Positions 10,718-25,277 of a DNA stretch of 64,000 nucleotides are shown here, in pieces. Source of the stretch: Enoplolaimus lenunculus (taxonomy: Eukaryota); contig JASANG010003752.1 in NCBI GenBank assembly GCA_030248215.1, positions 620,001-684,000 of the forward strand, read 5' to 3'. Numbering within the stretch: the first letter of the stretch is position 1; each line of letters opens with the position of its first letter. A program made the position numbers and the translations under genes. The notes under the pieces are model-generated. The model saw nothing but the letters and a program-made list of their open reading frames with translations. It was not told where the DNA came from and did not search any database.

Positions 10718-13286
10718 TAGTCAACAGGGTAACGATGATCATAGCACAGCAATTTGCTTGTCTATTGATTAAACTGAATGAAACCAACACTGCAGCCTCT
10801 ACTATGTTTATATTATGTTTGTGTAAAACATCAAATCGTAAGCGCAGCCTGGGCGTATTTGGCAGGCATAAAACCACTGGTGTTCAATATTAGCTTTTAC
10901 AGCACACAAAAAAACTTCTTTCGGCGCCAAACAAATTATGCATGCGTAAGTTTTTTGAAAGCAAAATATAACTGGCGTCATAGTAGTTCGTGTTGTTTTA
11001 CTACAGCAAGTTTTATGATCGCCGCTGCTAGCTCATTTCTGCTTGAGGTCAGAAAACAGTTCAAATTGTAGCCGGTGCGGGTCGTGAAAACACCACAGTC
11101 ATAGTCACTGTCTCGGCAGCAGGTCAGCAGGCCGCTACATGCCGCCTTGCATAATTTTCCGAGGCAAACGTGTGGAGAGTACATGGCGTCCAAATCTTCT
11201 ACCGGACCAACCTCATCCCTGGGTTGCTGCCAACGAGTCGGGTTGGATAGACGGTGAAATGTTTCTGAAACGGTGTAACTGGGAGCAAAATACAAGAACC
11301 TATGCTGACGGAGTTTTAGAAAAGCGGCTTCTCTTGTTTGACGGACATTTATCACATCTTTATGTGGAAACAGTTCGTCTGTCTCGTGCTCAAAGCGTGT
11401 CACTTCTCAAGTTCCCTGCGTATACCGCAGAGTTACTGCAACCGGCTGACGTATCGGTGATGAAACCTCTTAAAGATAACTGGTCAAATCTACTAAATCA
11501 GCGCTTAAAAACCGACCGACGGCCACTATCAAAAAAAGAATTCAATGAAAACATTGCGAGAATCTGGCCTACTGGGTGCACAGAGCCGAACATAACCGCA
11601 GGATTCCAAAAATCTGGGATTTACCCTTCTGATCGGTCGAAATATCATTTGCATCGGTTTGACCAGGCATTGCTTGACGGCTATCGTCAGTGGGAGATAG
11701 ACGAAAATACAGATCCCCAAACGTTACATTGGCTCGCATCAATGGGACCGAAGTCGAACCGCTTGATCTGTGCCACAGCAGCCTCACGAACCACAGGTTG
11801 ATAAGGCGTCGCCAGCTCGACCCGAATCACCGCTTGCTGGCCCATCTATTGCACCCACGCCATCTACCAGCTCCACTGGCGGAAACGCTTCAACTCAACA
11901 TTCCGCAGACATGCCGCGCTCCACGTTTCATGCAACATCATCAGCAATGGGTGCACGTCAGTCCGGATCGTTTCAGACGTTCTGGATTCCTGATGGTGTG
12001 GAATTTCAGTTACCTGCTGGAATCGTTCGGCAAGTTGTGCCCTCTGATGTTCGAACACCATCTCCGGCGTCTTCATTTCGCGATGTGATTGCGAAAACAA
12101 TCGCGAGCAATAAAAGCAGCTTGGCGAAAGGACCACGTTATCGAACGGCGCCGAGTGGTTAATCCACGAGGAGAACTGGAGAAGCAGAAGATCTTGCAAA
12201 AAAGAAACGCAAGGGCAAGCAGCCCGGTTCCAAGTTTATGCCTGAGGTCGCTGATGTTGATAACTGAGAAGAGTTTGCAGATGATTATGATGATAATAAT
12301 AATGCATCAGTGGACATAGAAAAAGACATGGAGGCTTTAAGGCGCACAATGGAAGCTCATCACAACTTTTTGGCGTTGATGACGCCGATGTCATAGGACA
12401 ATGGTTTGCTGTCTTATATGGTCGAAAACTCTATTATGGAAAAATTGTGAGCCACGCTTTTCAGAGGGCCAACTTTCTGCTGTCGAACTAAACTGCCTAA
12501 CATACAAGTTCGCTGCGGCCAAAGGAGACGATTACGCTTAGCCCGAAAGTCTCGATCAGGATTCTTTAGCACCCTACAACATTATCGCCGGTCCGCTGGA
12601 TGTTGATCTTCTTAGAGGCCGAGGAACTCGCTATCGCATAATGCAGAACGCTACCATTCGGCAGAACTTAGCAGAAATCATAAAGTTGGATAGAAATGCG
12701 GAATATGACTACCGCCGCAGCATTCAGCAATAAACCAACATCCGACATAACAATCACACATGTAAATAACTGTAAATAATTTTCCGTAGTGCATATATTA
12801 ATCTCTAAATATCATTTTTCGTCGTTTGGTTCCGCTATTCACATCGCTCGAAGCAAAGCTGCTATAACATCAGCCGGTCATCGAGCTCAGCTGCGAGGCA
12901 TGTGCTGGAGAAGTGTGCCCAATCAACAAAAGTGAGTTGGTGTTTAATATTTATACATTGTACATACGCGGTATATATTATTCAGACGGTTATACCCTGA
13001 CAACTGACGCGTTTGGCGTATGCTCTTGGCATGATAAGTTTCTATCAATCATGATCATCGTTACCCCGGGCTATGATCACCGTTACCCAAAAGTGGGGTA
13101 ACACTGATCAGAATAAAGAATTAACCTTATTTTCACAATCGTAATAGTTACGCCAATTTCTTTTTTATCTGTTGCACGTTGAACCTTGCTTGGCCTATGG
13201 CTCTATAAGCGGTAAGTACCTAGCCACTAACTCCCTGACTAGAACACTATTTCCAAAATCTGTATCGCGGTTACCCCTTCTGACTA
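10718..13286 (+). mobile_element. Decayed pogo/Tigger-type (Tc1/mariner superfamily) DNA transposon
   Basis: TA|TAGTCAACAGGGTAAC at left is inverted to GTTACCCCTTCTGACTA|TA at right. Subterminal GGTAAC..TGATCA motifs at 10727 and 13050-13110. Encloses a transposase pseudogene. Confidence 0.75.
11040..12733 (+). pseudogene. DDE_1 (pogo/CENP-B family) transposase, frameshifted and lacking the N-terminal HTH
   Basis: GRENTTVIVTVSAAG / MPPCIIFRGK / NESGWID / LLLFDGHLSH / KFPAYTAELLQPADVSVMKPLK / AGFQKSGIYP; several frameshifts downstream. Confidence 0.9.
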
Positions 13287-14150
13287 TACTCAATGTTTCG
13301 AGTTCACCCTGTATGTAAGCTTTACTTTAATATTATATTAGTTAGCTGCAAGTTTCACTCGCGGTTTTGAAATAAAATTTACGCCTTCAGTTATAATAAT
13401 TGTCTTGATTTATCGTGTTTTTCAAGATTGGTATTATACAGATTACTTCGGTGATGTCCATCCATACATTTTGTTATCAAACTTCAAAAATAGCATTTCT
13501 AATTTAGCGTTTTTTACAGAATGTTTTACCGAAAGTAAAAAATAATCAATTGTATGCTTTTGCTGAGATGGTTGTCTTTGACACGGTTTTACCTGTCGTC
13601 AAGAAATAAAAGTGTTGATTTAATATTTTGGGTTGAAAAATAACCTCACACATATTTTATATGTTTTCAGTAAAAATTAATTAACTACGGTTAATTATAT
13701 GTTTTTGCTTCTCTCCGCGATTCCGAAATTATAGTGTTTATAATTATTTGTTTGAGAAAAACCGGTTAGTCGGCTTTGTGCAAAAGGCGTTGTTTATGAT
13801 TAGCATAGGAACCGTATTTTCTTAACGATCGGTTAATTGCTTTCGATTATTATGGTGTTATATATATTACGTTACAATTTGAAAATCCATCCAGTGCTAT
13901 AGCTACCAATGGTTTGTAGGTTTACAAAAACCATTTACTCTCAGATACACTTTTAAGGGTGTTATTGCAGTGTCTTACAACTGTTTTGCTGTAGTTCGAT
14001 TTTTGCAACTACGTTCTGAAATTGATATCAGCTTTTGTTTTAGCGTCAATTTGTAACGAAATAAAATGTTGAACATTCAGCATTCTTTCGCCGACCTTAT
14101 TTCTTAAATTCGTCAATTTCTATTTGTTTAAGGGCTTCTTTTTGTGGTTT

Positions 14151-15461
14151 ATTGAGCAGAGCAAAACTCCGATCGAAGCTCGGAGTTGCGCGAAGCGTTT
14201 TATATTTTGTACTGAGGGGTCGTAAGGTGGAAGTCCGTCCGTCAGTCTCTTTGTCCGAAAAGAATCTCAGGAACCGCTGATCCGATTTTGATAAACTGTT
14301 TTTGTCTGAAAGCCAATTATCCTGGGGTGTTAACCACGCACTGGAGTTTTAAATTTTTAAGCCGTTTAAATTTTTAAGCCGTTTATTAGCTACAGGCTAA
14401 TTTGCATACTTAGTTACGCATAATTTAGGACTTTTTACATCATTTCACTAAGCATTAGGGTTACAAGCAATTAATTTTAGCAGTAAAAGACTTTTGGGTG
14501 CGAGGAATCTGTGTTATTAGCAAGCCTCCAAAATCGACAATTGAATAGTTATTGTGCGAAGCAAAACTCCGAGCGAAACTTGTAATTTCGCGAAGCCTCG
14601 GGGGTCGAAAGGTGGATGTCCGTCTATCCGTCCGTCCGAAAAGAATCTCAGAAACCGTTGAACCGATTTTGATAAACTTTTTTTGTTTGAAAGTCTGTCA
14701 TTCTGGGGTGTTAATCTCGCACAGGTATTTTAAAATTTTAAGCCGTTTATAAGCTACAGGCTAATTTGCATAATTGTTTAAACCTAAATTGTGACTTTTT
14801 AACATATTTCACTAATTATTCCGGTTACAAGCAATGTAATTTCAGTGTCAAAGAGTTTTTGGACGCGAGGAATCGGAATAAATTGTCTACAAATCTTCAA
14901 AACCGATAATTGAATAGTTAGCTAATAGCTAATTTGCATATTGCATAATTGATAAGCCTAAATTAAGACTTTTTGCAATATTTCGCTAATAAATTATTAG
15001 GGTAACAAGCAACCTAATTTCAGCAATAAATGGTTTTTGATGTGAGAGGAATCTGAACAAATTGTCTATAAACCTTCAGAACCAAAATTGAATAGTTAGC
15101 TAGTAGTTAATTTGCATATTAGCATAACTGATAAGCCGAAATGTAAGACTTTTTACAATACTTCACTAATTATTGGGGTTACAAGCAATCTAATTAAAGC
15201 AGTAAACGGTTTTGGGATGCAAGGAATCTGAATAAGCTGCCTAACAGCGTTCAAAACCGATAATTTAATAGTTAACTAATAGCTAATTTGCATATTACCA
15301 CATTTGTTAAGCCTAAATTAGAACTATTTGAAATATTATACTATATTATTAGGGTTACTGAAAGGTTTTTGGTGCGATGGATCTAAATATATTGAAAACT
15401 TCAATTCCAATAAATGAATAGTTAGCTTATAACACATTTGCATAATATTAGCTTAATTGCT
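14151..15461 (+). mobile_element. Two tandem Helentron/HINE (DINE-1-like) non-autonomous elements with internal ~180-bp tandem units
   Basis: Heads at 14151 and 14551 (GCAAAACTCCGA..GGAGTT hairpin, GTCCGTC microsatellite, ATCTCAGGAACCGCTGA.CCGATTTTGATAAAC), followed by repeated GCTAATTTGCATA...GAGGAATC...AATTGAATAGTTA units. Homologous to 38566-39483. Confidence 0.7.
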
Positions 15462-15471
15462 TAAGTACATG

Positions 15472-15860
15472 TACAGTCACGGACAGAATTTAGTGGCAAC
15501 GCGATCGCGACCCAAAAGCGGTTCGACTCGTGATTGTCCGCCCCGCATACGCGATGTCGATCGCTCTCAACTGCAATTTTGCAATTTACGTGCCCGCAAA
15601 AACCGTGGTTGCGGTCGCAGTTGTGCTTGCGGTTTATAGACGCAGCTATAATTGCAGCTACGGAGCCCTTGAAATTGCGGCTACAGGCGCGGTTCAAACC
15701 GCGATTGCGACTGTGGTTCAAATCGCGACTGCGAGCGCAATTCAAATTGCGACTACGTTTGCGTCTGTGCGTTTGAGACGCGATCACTCAAAAACTCTGA
15801 GTCGGCTACAAAACTGCAACCGCAAACCACATTGGACGCAATCGCGGTTTCTGCGCACGG
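15472..15860. repeat. GC-rich MITE-like island of GCGGTTGCG/CGCAACCGC motifs
   Basis: Abrupt GC-rich segment with many short inverted motifs. The overlapping ORFs look like repeat artefacts. Confidence 0.4.
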
Positions 15861-16318
15861 AATTCTGTTTGAAATTTTCGAACTCTAATTGGTTTTACGT
15901 ATACGATCCAGTTTTGTTATGTTAGTTTAACTGATCACGCGAACAGTATAATATGGTACATAATTTAGCATTTATTATTTAATATCTGGATCTCACTAGA
16001 GAATGTTATAGAGTAATGGATTATTATTTTGATAATATTTCACTCTTTGTTTCCAAAAAAATTGAATTCAAGTGCTAAACAAGAATGGAAATAACGTAAT
16101 TTAAGCGAAGTACAATTTGTAGCGCGTTCAAATTTAATTAAAAGCCTTTTGTTTGCAATTTTGATGTGTAATTTTTGTTTTGCTTCTTTTTGTTCAGGAC
16201 TAGCTGATGTACCACTGTATAGCTACGCGTTGTTCTTCATCACCGATTATTTTATCAAAAAGATCAAATTTAATTGAAACAACCGGAAGCGATTTTGCGT
16301 GGTAATTTGAGTGGATCA

Positions 16319-19300
16319 ATGGCTCGCACAGGTTCTGCGACCAAGCGTGGGAAAAAAGAAATTGCATATGCATGGAGTCAAACAACGAGCAGTCATGGTA
16401 TACCGCATATTGGTAGTGCAGAATCATGGAGCGTCCGAATGTTTTGGATTATTGTTTTTGTAATCGCAACTGCTTTGTTGATTTGGCAAATTAGCTTGCT
16501 AGTCCAAAAGTATTTGGCGTATGATAAAGTAACACAAATGGAGGTAAGTGTTCCAATGCGAAAAAGATTGTAATATGCTGTGTGAGTCCAGCGTTTAGGC
16601 AACTTGCTTGCGGACACTTTTCAAATTGTTTAAAAAATATCGTGCCACCCAGGCATCGACCGGATATTCATTTTACCGGAACCGAAGCCGAATAGTGAAT
16701 TTTGTGCCGGAACCGGAGCCGGATGTTATCCCGATCTAGTATCTAAATTTGTACACTATTGGAAGTATTTGAGTCGTGCAAATATGTTTATGGATTTTAG
16801 ATTCATTTTTGTTTGGATTTTGCAGCCAATGTCAGTGTCCAGTCATGAATTGCTCCGAATTGCAGTCGCTTCAAAATATCTAGTATTTCGACGTGCAAAA
16901 ACGGTTTTATGATTTTTAGAACCACAACCACAAATATCCGGTATCCGGTAGGTTTATACCGGAAACAGATGTCGGATTTTGCCGGATATTAAACGGGAAC
17001 CAGATATCCGGTCGATCCCTAGCGCCACCCTTAGTAATGCAGTGTTTTGTGTTTGCGGCATCGTGCCTAAAAAGCGACTACACGTAAACATTGTATCAAA
17101 TAAACCACAGAACACTGAAACAAATTTCAACGATTATATAACGTGTAATTTCAGCTAATTGTGTTTTAGATTAAAGGCTTCTTGTCATACAACTTTACTG
17201 TAGACAGTTGTGCAATATTTGTTTTAGCTCAAGTTTACTCAACGACCTTTTCCTGCGGTCACCGTATGTAATTTAAATCCGTATCCAAAGAGTCGAGCGC
17301 TGGCGCATGTAGATATAGCATTTTTGGTAAGGGTCTTGTGTTGTTTTATTTTCCTAAATGGTGCCAGGCTGCCAGGTGTGGTTTTTTGTGTGTTTTTGTG
17401 TTTATAATCATAATACCAACCCAAACCAATACTGTCTGTTTTACTTCAACAAATCAAATGTATATAAATGAAGTAAACTAAACATACAAAACCAACTAAA
17501 TTCACAAAAGGGAAATGGAGAGAAAATTCATCTACTTGTTAAGTTGATTATAACGATAACCCCGTGCAGTAACAGCAGTAAATTTTTTTATGTGTGTTGT
17601 CACTGACTGGTTACCATGGTTCAACCGATACAAAAATACCGGAGCCAGATATTTGTATTGCGTAGTTCGATAAAAAGTTAAACTTAGTTACCCTAATTTA
17701 GTACTACTTAGACTTGCGATAGCATGACGTTCGCTAGAAGCGGCTAACTTTGAACACTTCTCAAGTTCAAAAGCTGGCCATTCAACGAATTCGAAAGGAT
17801 TTCTTCTATTTTTTGCAACAGGTGGAACTAGATTTCGGCTATTTTGCTTCTTTTAACTGGGTTTCTTGATGTACATAATTACTAATTTTTATCGTTTCAA
17901 AATTCACAGCGAAATATTGTGATTTTGGTTATAAACAATATACTTATATTGTTAAACTTTTCAGCAACAAATATCTGGTATTGTAGAATACCAAAGCCGA
18001 GTGTCGATATTTTGCTGGTGCTGGGTATCCAATATTGTACCTTACTGGTTACTGTAAGGTTATTAGTGCTGCTCTGCTATTATGCCTTGGATTACCTCAC
18101 ATAATGAGTTTGTCATGTTTTTACAGATGGAACAGTACAACATATCCTTAACACAGTTGAAACAGAATGGAGTGGTTGAACAAAGTGATTTGGGAGAGTT
18201 GTATCAATTTTCGGTAGGGCTATTAACATTGTGTACTATGTTTGCGTTATTCTGATATTAATGGTTAAACATTATTCGCTAGGCACACCGCGAGTTTTGT
18301 GCGTATGTGTGAAGAACCGTATAATCTGTGTAGTTTGTATAAATTCTGTTGACTTAAGAAAATAAAGGATGCGGTTTAGTCGACACCGGAATGCTCTGAA
18401 TTTTTTATTCTGAGTAGATTTCAGTAGTCCTTGAAATGTGGGTTATGGCTAAGACACAACGCGTGCTGGGTACCTTTTCTCACGCAGATGTATTCACTGG
18501 CATATTTTCTGTAAGCTGGAAGCTATTTACTCTAGTTCACGCGTATAATCTAACCACGGACAATTTACTCTAATTCACACGTATTATCCAGCCACAAAAC
18601 GCATGTTTTTGGGCATCTTTTAAATTTTGTCTGTGATGTTTTAGGGTATGACTGATGCAATTGCACTTGAAGCCCAGGCCAAAGAGAACCTTTTATTTAC
18701 TGCGTATTTCAAACCTGAAAGCGAACGTAAAGCGCTTGGATACACTATTGATCAACTGATAACGTCGTGCTCATATAACACGGACGATTGTGTTATGGAC
18801 GAGTAATTAGTTTGCTTTATTATTTTGTTTGTTTGTTTGTTACGTTTTTGAATCAACTTAAATATTGAGTCGGAAAAAACTTGATATGGCAGTTTCAGAT
18901 CAAGTATATCCGCGCTAGGCAACTAGGATCCGACTTTTGTGTCTCAAAATTTGAAGTGGGTTTTTAAACATTGTTGGTTTTCAAAATACGGTTAAAAGTT
19001 TAATACTAGAACATTCAGGGTCTGCGGTTTGGAAATTGCTGGAAAATGACGTTCACAGGAGAGTAAATAGCAACGTGCTTTCATTATATTATTCTATGAT
19101 ATTTCAGTAAATGTCATTAAAAACATTTTAAAAGGGCATGACAGCTAACGCAATCAGAAAGGCTACGTCGTCATCTTGGTTTTAGCGGGGAATCCAGGTT
19201 TGTTCATAGGAGATGCGCATGCGCAATGAGAACAATGAACTTAATTTCGTGAGCGAAGCAGGCGGCAAGCCAAGCGCAATTGTAACACACTATTTTGTTT

Positions 19301-22300
19301 TTGGTTCGTCGACGGATGTAATTCTTGATAGGCATCATCTAAAATCAAAGCAGTACCAGAACAGTAAAAAATTCTCGAACGCGAAGACAGGAGCGTTTTT
19401 GTACGCATTCCTAATTGAGGTTTTACTGGAGAAGGTTTGAGATGCTGCGTTATGTTACAGTTTCGGGCTTGTCACTGCTGCATGAAGTAAGCATAATTAT
19501 TGTATGTTGATACGCGTTTTATGCCAAATTTTATTACCTCATCGTACTATTACGTTGCAGGGATTTTATTCAGATAGAAGATTCCAAATTTGGAGCTTGT
19601 TTTACGTTCAATCATGAGGGCAGGCCAGGCGGACTAATGTTCAGTAATCGTGCCGGGCCGCTATATGGTAAGTTTAATCTGTTTTACTGTAACACTTTTG
19701 TTGCAATGTTCTGTCAATCTCTTGTTTATATTTTAAATTTAAATAATGAAAACTGTGGTAAAGTGTTTATTATTGCATATTTTGTAAAATTTCATCAAAT
19801 AATTATGTTTATTATGTTTGTTTGGTTTATACTTTACAGTGAAATTTTGAATACTGGTAGCAGATGTGTTTGTTTTGCGTATTTTGTAAACTTTAATGCC
19901 ATTAATATCTGTGGTGGAATTGATTACATTGCTTTCTTTAAATGTGTTTCAACGGCAATATTAAGCAGAATAAGTGTAACTTATGTCACAAGAATAGTAT
20001 ATTTAACCTTACTTTAGTGAAGTAGTGAAAAATAAATATCATTATGATTTGAACACCTACCACAATGATACAATATGACATATTGGCTGTGTTTCTGACA
20101 TCTTACTTAAGTATTAACTTAAGTTATGCTAAAGTAATTACTTAAGTTGCCGACTTAAGTAAGTACTTAAATTTTCGAGCACAACCAAAGAAACACCAAA
20201 TATCGGCCATTGTCCGGACAAGGAACTAATAGTTTTGCTTTGTGTTAAGGAGACATCATTAGTCTACAATTTCAATTACACCAAAGTTAGTATGCCAGAG
20301 CGGTTAATTTGTAGTATATCAAATTTAGTCAGCGAAACTTAAGTACGCTTTTAAAAACGACAAAATAGTTGGGAGCTCGTACTAAGTAGGGTTTCGGAAA
20401 CCCAGCCAGTGTATGTGAGTGCTGCCTAAGCTAATTCTCCAATTTACAGACTACAATAAGTATGCAGGCTTGAAATATAACATGCAACCAAGATTCCATG
20501 ATGACTCTATGGACAAGAGTAAGCAACTTCTGCGCTATCGTGTGCTTCAAAATGTACCAGCAGGCATAGCATTTTCGCCCACCCCCACTTAATTTTGGGG
20601 ACCCTTTAAAATAAGTGGAACAAGCCAAAAACGCCACGTGCGCTGGATACGTGCTTTTGCACACAGAATAAACGCAGTTGCACACTCTTGTAAAATAAGG
20701 TCATCATACACTAATGGTACAACTGATTAAATTATATGTAGAGCTAATAACAGGTATGACACAATCTAGCATGCTGAACTGCTGAATATTGGCAATATAG
20801 GCCGATTCGCAAAGAATCAGTGTTGCGACAATTTTGATCATTTACCAATAAAACCGATCAGAAATAGATCAAATCGCCAAGTAAAAAACTAACCATTATA
20901 TGCACAAACTGTAGCATTGTATTTGGTGTTATTGGCATTTCAGGACTTCGGCTTCTTTTGAATACATCGATTGATGAGTATCTGGTAACAACAGAATCCA
21001 GCGGCGCCCGTGTGGTTGTGCACAATCAGTCCATTTACCCGTTTCCTGATACCTACGGCTATAATGCGGCATCTGGATACTCTACGTCGTTTGGAATTAG
21101 CTATGTAAGCTGCGGTTTGCACGTAGCAGGGGCTGTGAAATGGAGTTTAAAAGTTAGGAAATATATTGCCTGTGTGTTAAGTAGGTTTTTGTTTCTTGTA
21201 AGACATTGTATACCTGTTAGTTGTATATAAAATGGAACGCAATAAAAGGTCATCGGAGTAATGTGTTTTTTATTTCAACAGCATGATATCAATCGCCTCG
21301 GATCACCATATGGCCTGTGTAAACGTGAACAAGACGCTCCACTTTACGACAGCTTATATCCTGGTGATTATACTATGGAAGTATGTTTACCCGTTATGCA
21401 ATTTGGTCAGTTTAACTAAATTTTACAATATATTTTACTAATATATTTAACAACAATAATTTCAAACACGAAAACGGTGTGTTCGACGTCTGATCAGTTG
21501 TCTACTTGTAAATATTTTTTGGAACGTGATACAACTTAAGCTAGTACGGTATAACAAGCGGGATTTGACTCCCTCCTCCATGTAACTGAAATATCTGAAG
21601 TATAAGATTTTATTTTATCGGTGAAACTTACTAAACTGTTTATGTTTTCAGTGGATGAGGCTACTTCTCACCCCTGAACATTTCGCAGTTTAAAAGACAC
21701 TAAAGTAAATGGCAGGACGCACCGCCCCTAAAACTCCGTACAATATAAAACTTTTGTGGTGTAGGTAAACAGTGCGGCATAAAGACTGAAGCACTACAAA
21801 CCGCATGTGAAAATTAGTACCAACAGATACGTAGAAAAGTACACGTAAATGTGGAACATAGTAATGCTAGAATTCAAACCTGTGTTTGAATACTTTCAAC
21901 CTAATATTTTGCAATGAATTGATTAATTCCCGCATGATATGATTTTTTTATTATTTCAGGGCTGTTACCGAGCTTGTGTTCAAAAACATATGATGGAGGC
22001 TTGCTTATGCGCTGATCCGCGATATTTAATGCCGAATAGTACGAAGAAATTATTTTTCTGCACCATTATTATGGTGGACCATAGTAAGTCATTTTATGGT
22101 AAATTTTGGATGAAATCCGTTACTAATTAACCATTCTTTCATTGAATATTTTCTGTTTCATTTGAGAGTCTATTCGAAGATACGGGTCTGACACAACGCT
22201 TCGCTTTCGGATGGGAGGCGTCTACGGTTATAGCTTGGTCTGTTCACTCGTAAAGTATTGGTACATTGAGCTTGAGTTGAGACTTGTTTGCTTTTAATAG

Positions 22301-25277
22301 AAACATTTTGTTTACGGTTTTACAGCCCAGCACGGGTCTCCGGTGTATTGTTTTAGTGAACTGCTACTATGAAACGTTAGCAAATCATAGCGATGCTGGA
22401 TGGACTCAATGTTCGTGTAGCCAGCCTTGCAAGTGAGTTATCAGTAAACTGAATTTACTCATTAATGTTATTTCAAGTTTGCAAAACGCCGATACAGCAA
22501 TGTTTATGGTGTTTCGAATACGATTTCTTGTCATTTAAAAATTATTATTTTGTGCGTTTTTAAATATTAAAACTGCGTGTCTTTTTTTGTCAATTTCGTA
22601 GAAACAAGTTTTCATAACGGTTAATGTCAAAACAAAAACAATCGTGAAACAGAATTGCATTCGGAAAGGTTATCTCAAGTTCTTGTTTCTGTTCATCCAA
22701 GATTTTCATGTTTCTGCTTCAATCCTGTATCCTTCGTGACAACGAATCTGGTATATTCGCTTGTATTCGTTGCAATTTTTTCAGTTTTTCATTGTCAATA
22801 ATTTATTTGGTTTGATTTTAAAAAATTTAGTGTACATACATGTTTTCGAAAAAAGTAGAAGGCCTGTTTTTCATGAAATCGCAGTCCCGTTGCTCCATCG
22901 AATTATAGCGGACAAATAATAAATTTTCGAAATAAAGTAATGCTTTCATTTTTGTATCGTTTTGAAGGCAAGGCACCTTCGGTGTTACTGTATCAACTGC
23001 TCGGTGGCCATCTGGTGTATTTGTTGTAAGCTGAAATATAGTTTTATTTTTACGTACTAAAATAGTTATAATCTGGAAATTGTTGTTGTAGACATTAACT
23101 GGGTTTCTGAACACTTACTTAAGTATTTACTAGAGTTATGCTTATGTAATAACTGAAGTCAGCAGTTTAAGTAAATATATACTCAACTTTTTGCGCAAAA
23201 ACAAACAATTTCAACATTTGGCCTATGTTGTAGCAAGAAGCGATATTTTTGGTTATATTAAGAAGGTGCCAACAAGTAATGAAATCGTATTATCTACGTA
23301 GTGTTTCACATAGCGAAAGTTTACTGCTTGTATCAAACCGAAATAGTGGCAGACATTAATTGTTAAAATCAATTACGATTTTATTTTGGGACATTTTCAG
23401 TGAGTTTAAATCCATTTTGTACTAAAACGTACAGCTCAAACAACTGTGTTTTATTTTCAGGTTCCTGGATGCACGGAAGATGTGCTAACTTGTACAAACA
23501 AATATAGGTATTTTTAGTATAACTAATTATATACATTTTCGTGTCTATGTTAAGAAAGCATAACCTTTGTTTATTATGGCAGTTAAGAAACTTGAGTCAG
23601 TTAATGTTGATTATCAAATAAAACGTTTACACCACTGTACAATGGATGGTGGAGCACAAAAGTTGAACATTACTCTTTTTGAATGTTTCACTCGCCAGAA
23701 CTTGCAACTTGTTTAGTTTATACTCAATCATACTTTTCACATCCGACTATGTATATACCTCAGGGTGCAACCGGAATTTCGATTCCGATTAGAATGCCGA
23801 TTCAAAACGAGTTCCTATTCCGATTGCAAGATCAATCGGAATCGAAGTTTTGACGTTTTGATTGTAGGCCTGCTTGTTGTGTGATTCCGGTATAATCCAG
23901 TTCCGCTTTGCACCCTAATATACATATACATTGACTTTATATTCTAGGCAAAATGCACTTATGTTGGAAGTGTTTTACGAACAGCTAAACTTCAAACAAT
24001 TAAAAGAAGCTCCTGCGTATACTGTAAGTGTAATATTTGATTGCAATACTAAGAAATATTAATGTTAAATGTTGTAGTTTGTAATAACACCTTGTCTTAG
24101 AAGTATGTAGCTTTGTCTAGTGTCTTAACTACTGCTATCTATCTAGCGTGATAACTAACTAGGTGATTGCCGCTCGTCAATTCAATTAGTTAACGCTGTG
24201 AGAAAATCTAGATTATTAAGTGTAAAACTGAAAGCATAATTTTATTTATTCTATGTTTATTATCGGTTTACAAAATCTGTTATTGTATTATTAATGGATA
24301 TTTTTCAGCTGGTAAATTTGGTGTCAGATTTTGGTGGGCAAGGCGGTCTTTGGATTGGAGTTAGCGTTATCACTGTGATCGAAGTTGTTGTGCTTATATT
24401 ACAACTAGCGTGCGGATGTTGTGTGTCAAACAATGAGAGTCAAGTGTCCGAATCTATTCCTGGACAGACAGGGTATGTTGAGAAAGGTTTAACTACCAGG
24501 GGAGCAGGTTTCAGTTTTTTTCGTTTGTAATAAGACTGTAATAAGTGCAACGTGTATTCCTGTTCCTGCACGCGAATTCAGTATTTTTCATCGGATTGTA
24601 ATGTATTTTTGGTAAGTTGAAGGTTTTGTGTTTGAAAAGTTTGATACAAATTAATTATTGTTATTTTTTACTATCTGGCCCTGTAAAAAATTCGGTTCTG
24701 TATTATTGTAATTTTTGTCTCCGTTGACACTATTTTCTGAGTCTGTTTCCGCTCTGGTTCATGTAAAATGGTGTCAATCATTTTCGATGGGTCCTTTGTC
24801 AGTTTTCAATGTTGGCAGGGTGTAACCGGATATCCGTTTCCGGTAAAAATCGGTATCCGTTGTTTCTTTTATAGAAATAACGAGAATTCTGACATTTTCA
24901 CGTATAAAATTAGTTCTAAATCACGATTATATTTGGCAATTTTTCTATTGTTTCTTTAAAATTTTAGAAAGCCCGGTGAACTTGCACGTCTCTAATGCGT
25001 TGGCAGAAAAATAAAACATCTTTGAAATTTTTTACCTCGATTTTTTTGTTTGCGTATCCGTTTACACCCTGATTGTGGGGATAATATTATTAGCCAGAAA
25101 CGAAGGCTAGTCTAATTGTAGTGTTTTTCTGTGTTTTGTTCTAAGACACATACACATTAGTTTTACTATTTCAGATATAGTGGACAGTTACCTGGACCTA
25201 ATTCAAGAGAAATCTACTCAACACCAACTTCGCATCGCTTTCCTATTCTTTATCTTAGTAAAAACGTTGATTTTTGA
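16319..25277 (+). CDS. DEG/ENaC (degenerin / amiloride-sensitive sodium channel) subunit, ~527 aa, 14 exons
   Basis: Exons 16319-16543, 17228-17326, 18127-18213, 18645-18802, 19561-19667, 20944-21104, 21282-21380, 21960-22083, 22357-22432, 22968-23025, 23461-23507, 23948-24023, 24309-24472 and 25175-25277, all phase-consistent (1584 nt). Motifs TTSSHGIP, TM1, FPAVTVCNLNPY, FGACFTFN, RAGPLYGLRL, PFPDTYG, GCYRAC..CLCADPRY, CSCSQPC, EVFYEQLN, SDFGGQGGLWIGVSVITVIE. Confidence 0.93.
16650..17021. mobile_element. hAT-type MITE in DEG/ENaC intron 1
   Basis: CAGGCATCGACCGGATAT ... ATATCCGGTCGATCCCTA; 8-bp TSD GTGCCACC/GCGCCACC. Confidence 0.8.
20082..20410. mobile_element. MITE with TGGCTG.GTTTC termini and ACTTAAGT palindromes
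   Basis: TGGCTGTGTTTCTGA is inverted to TCGGAAACCCAGCCA. Partial relatives at ~23098-23190 and ~48560-48670. Confidence 0.6.
23761..23917. mobile_element. hAT MITE family C (CAGGGTGCAACCGG)
   Basis: TIRs CAGGGTGCAA / TTGCACCCTA; TSD ATATACCT/ATATACAT. Confidence 0.8.
24816..25071. mobile_element. hAT MITE family C variant (CAGGGTGTAA)
   Basis: CAGGGTGTAACCGGATA ... TATCCGTTTACACCCTG; degenerate 8-bp TSD. Related sequence at ~48677-49010. Confidence 0.7.

Noticed and set aside
15457..15925. Four overlapping ORFs of 60-131 aa
   Set aside because: Produced by a GC-rich repetitive island; repetitive translations with no domain.
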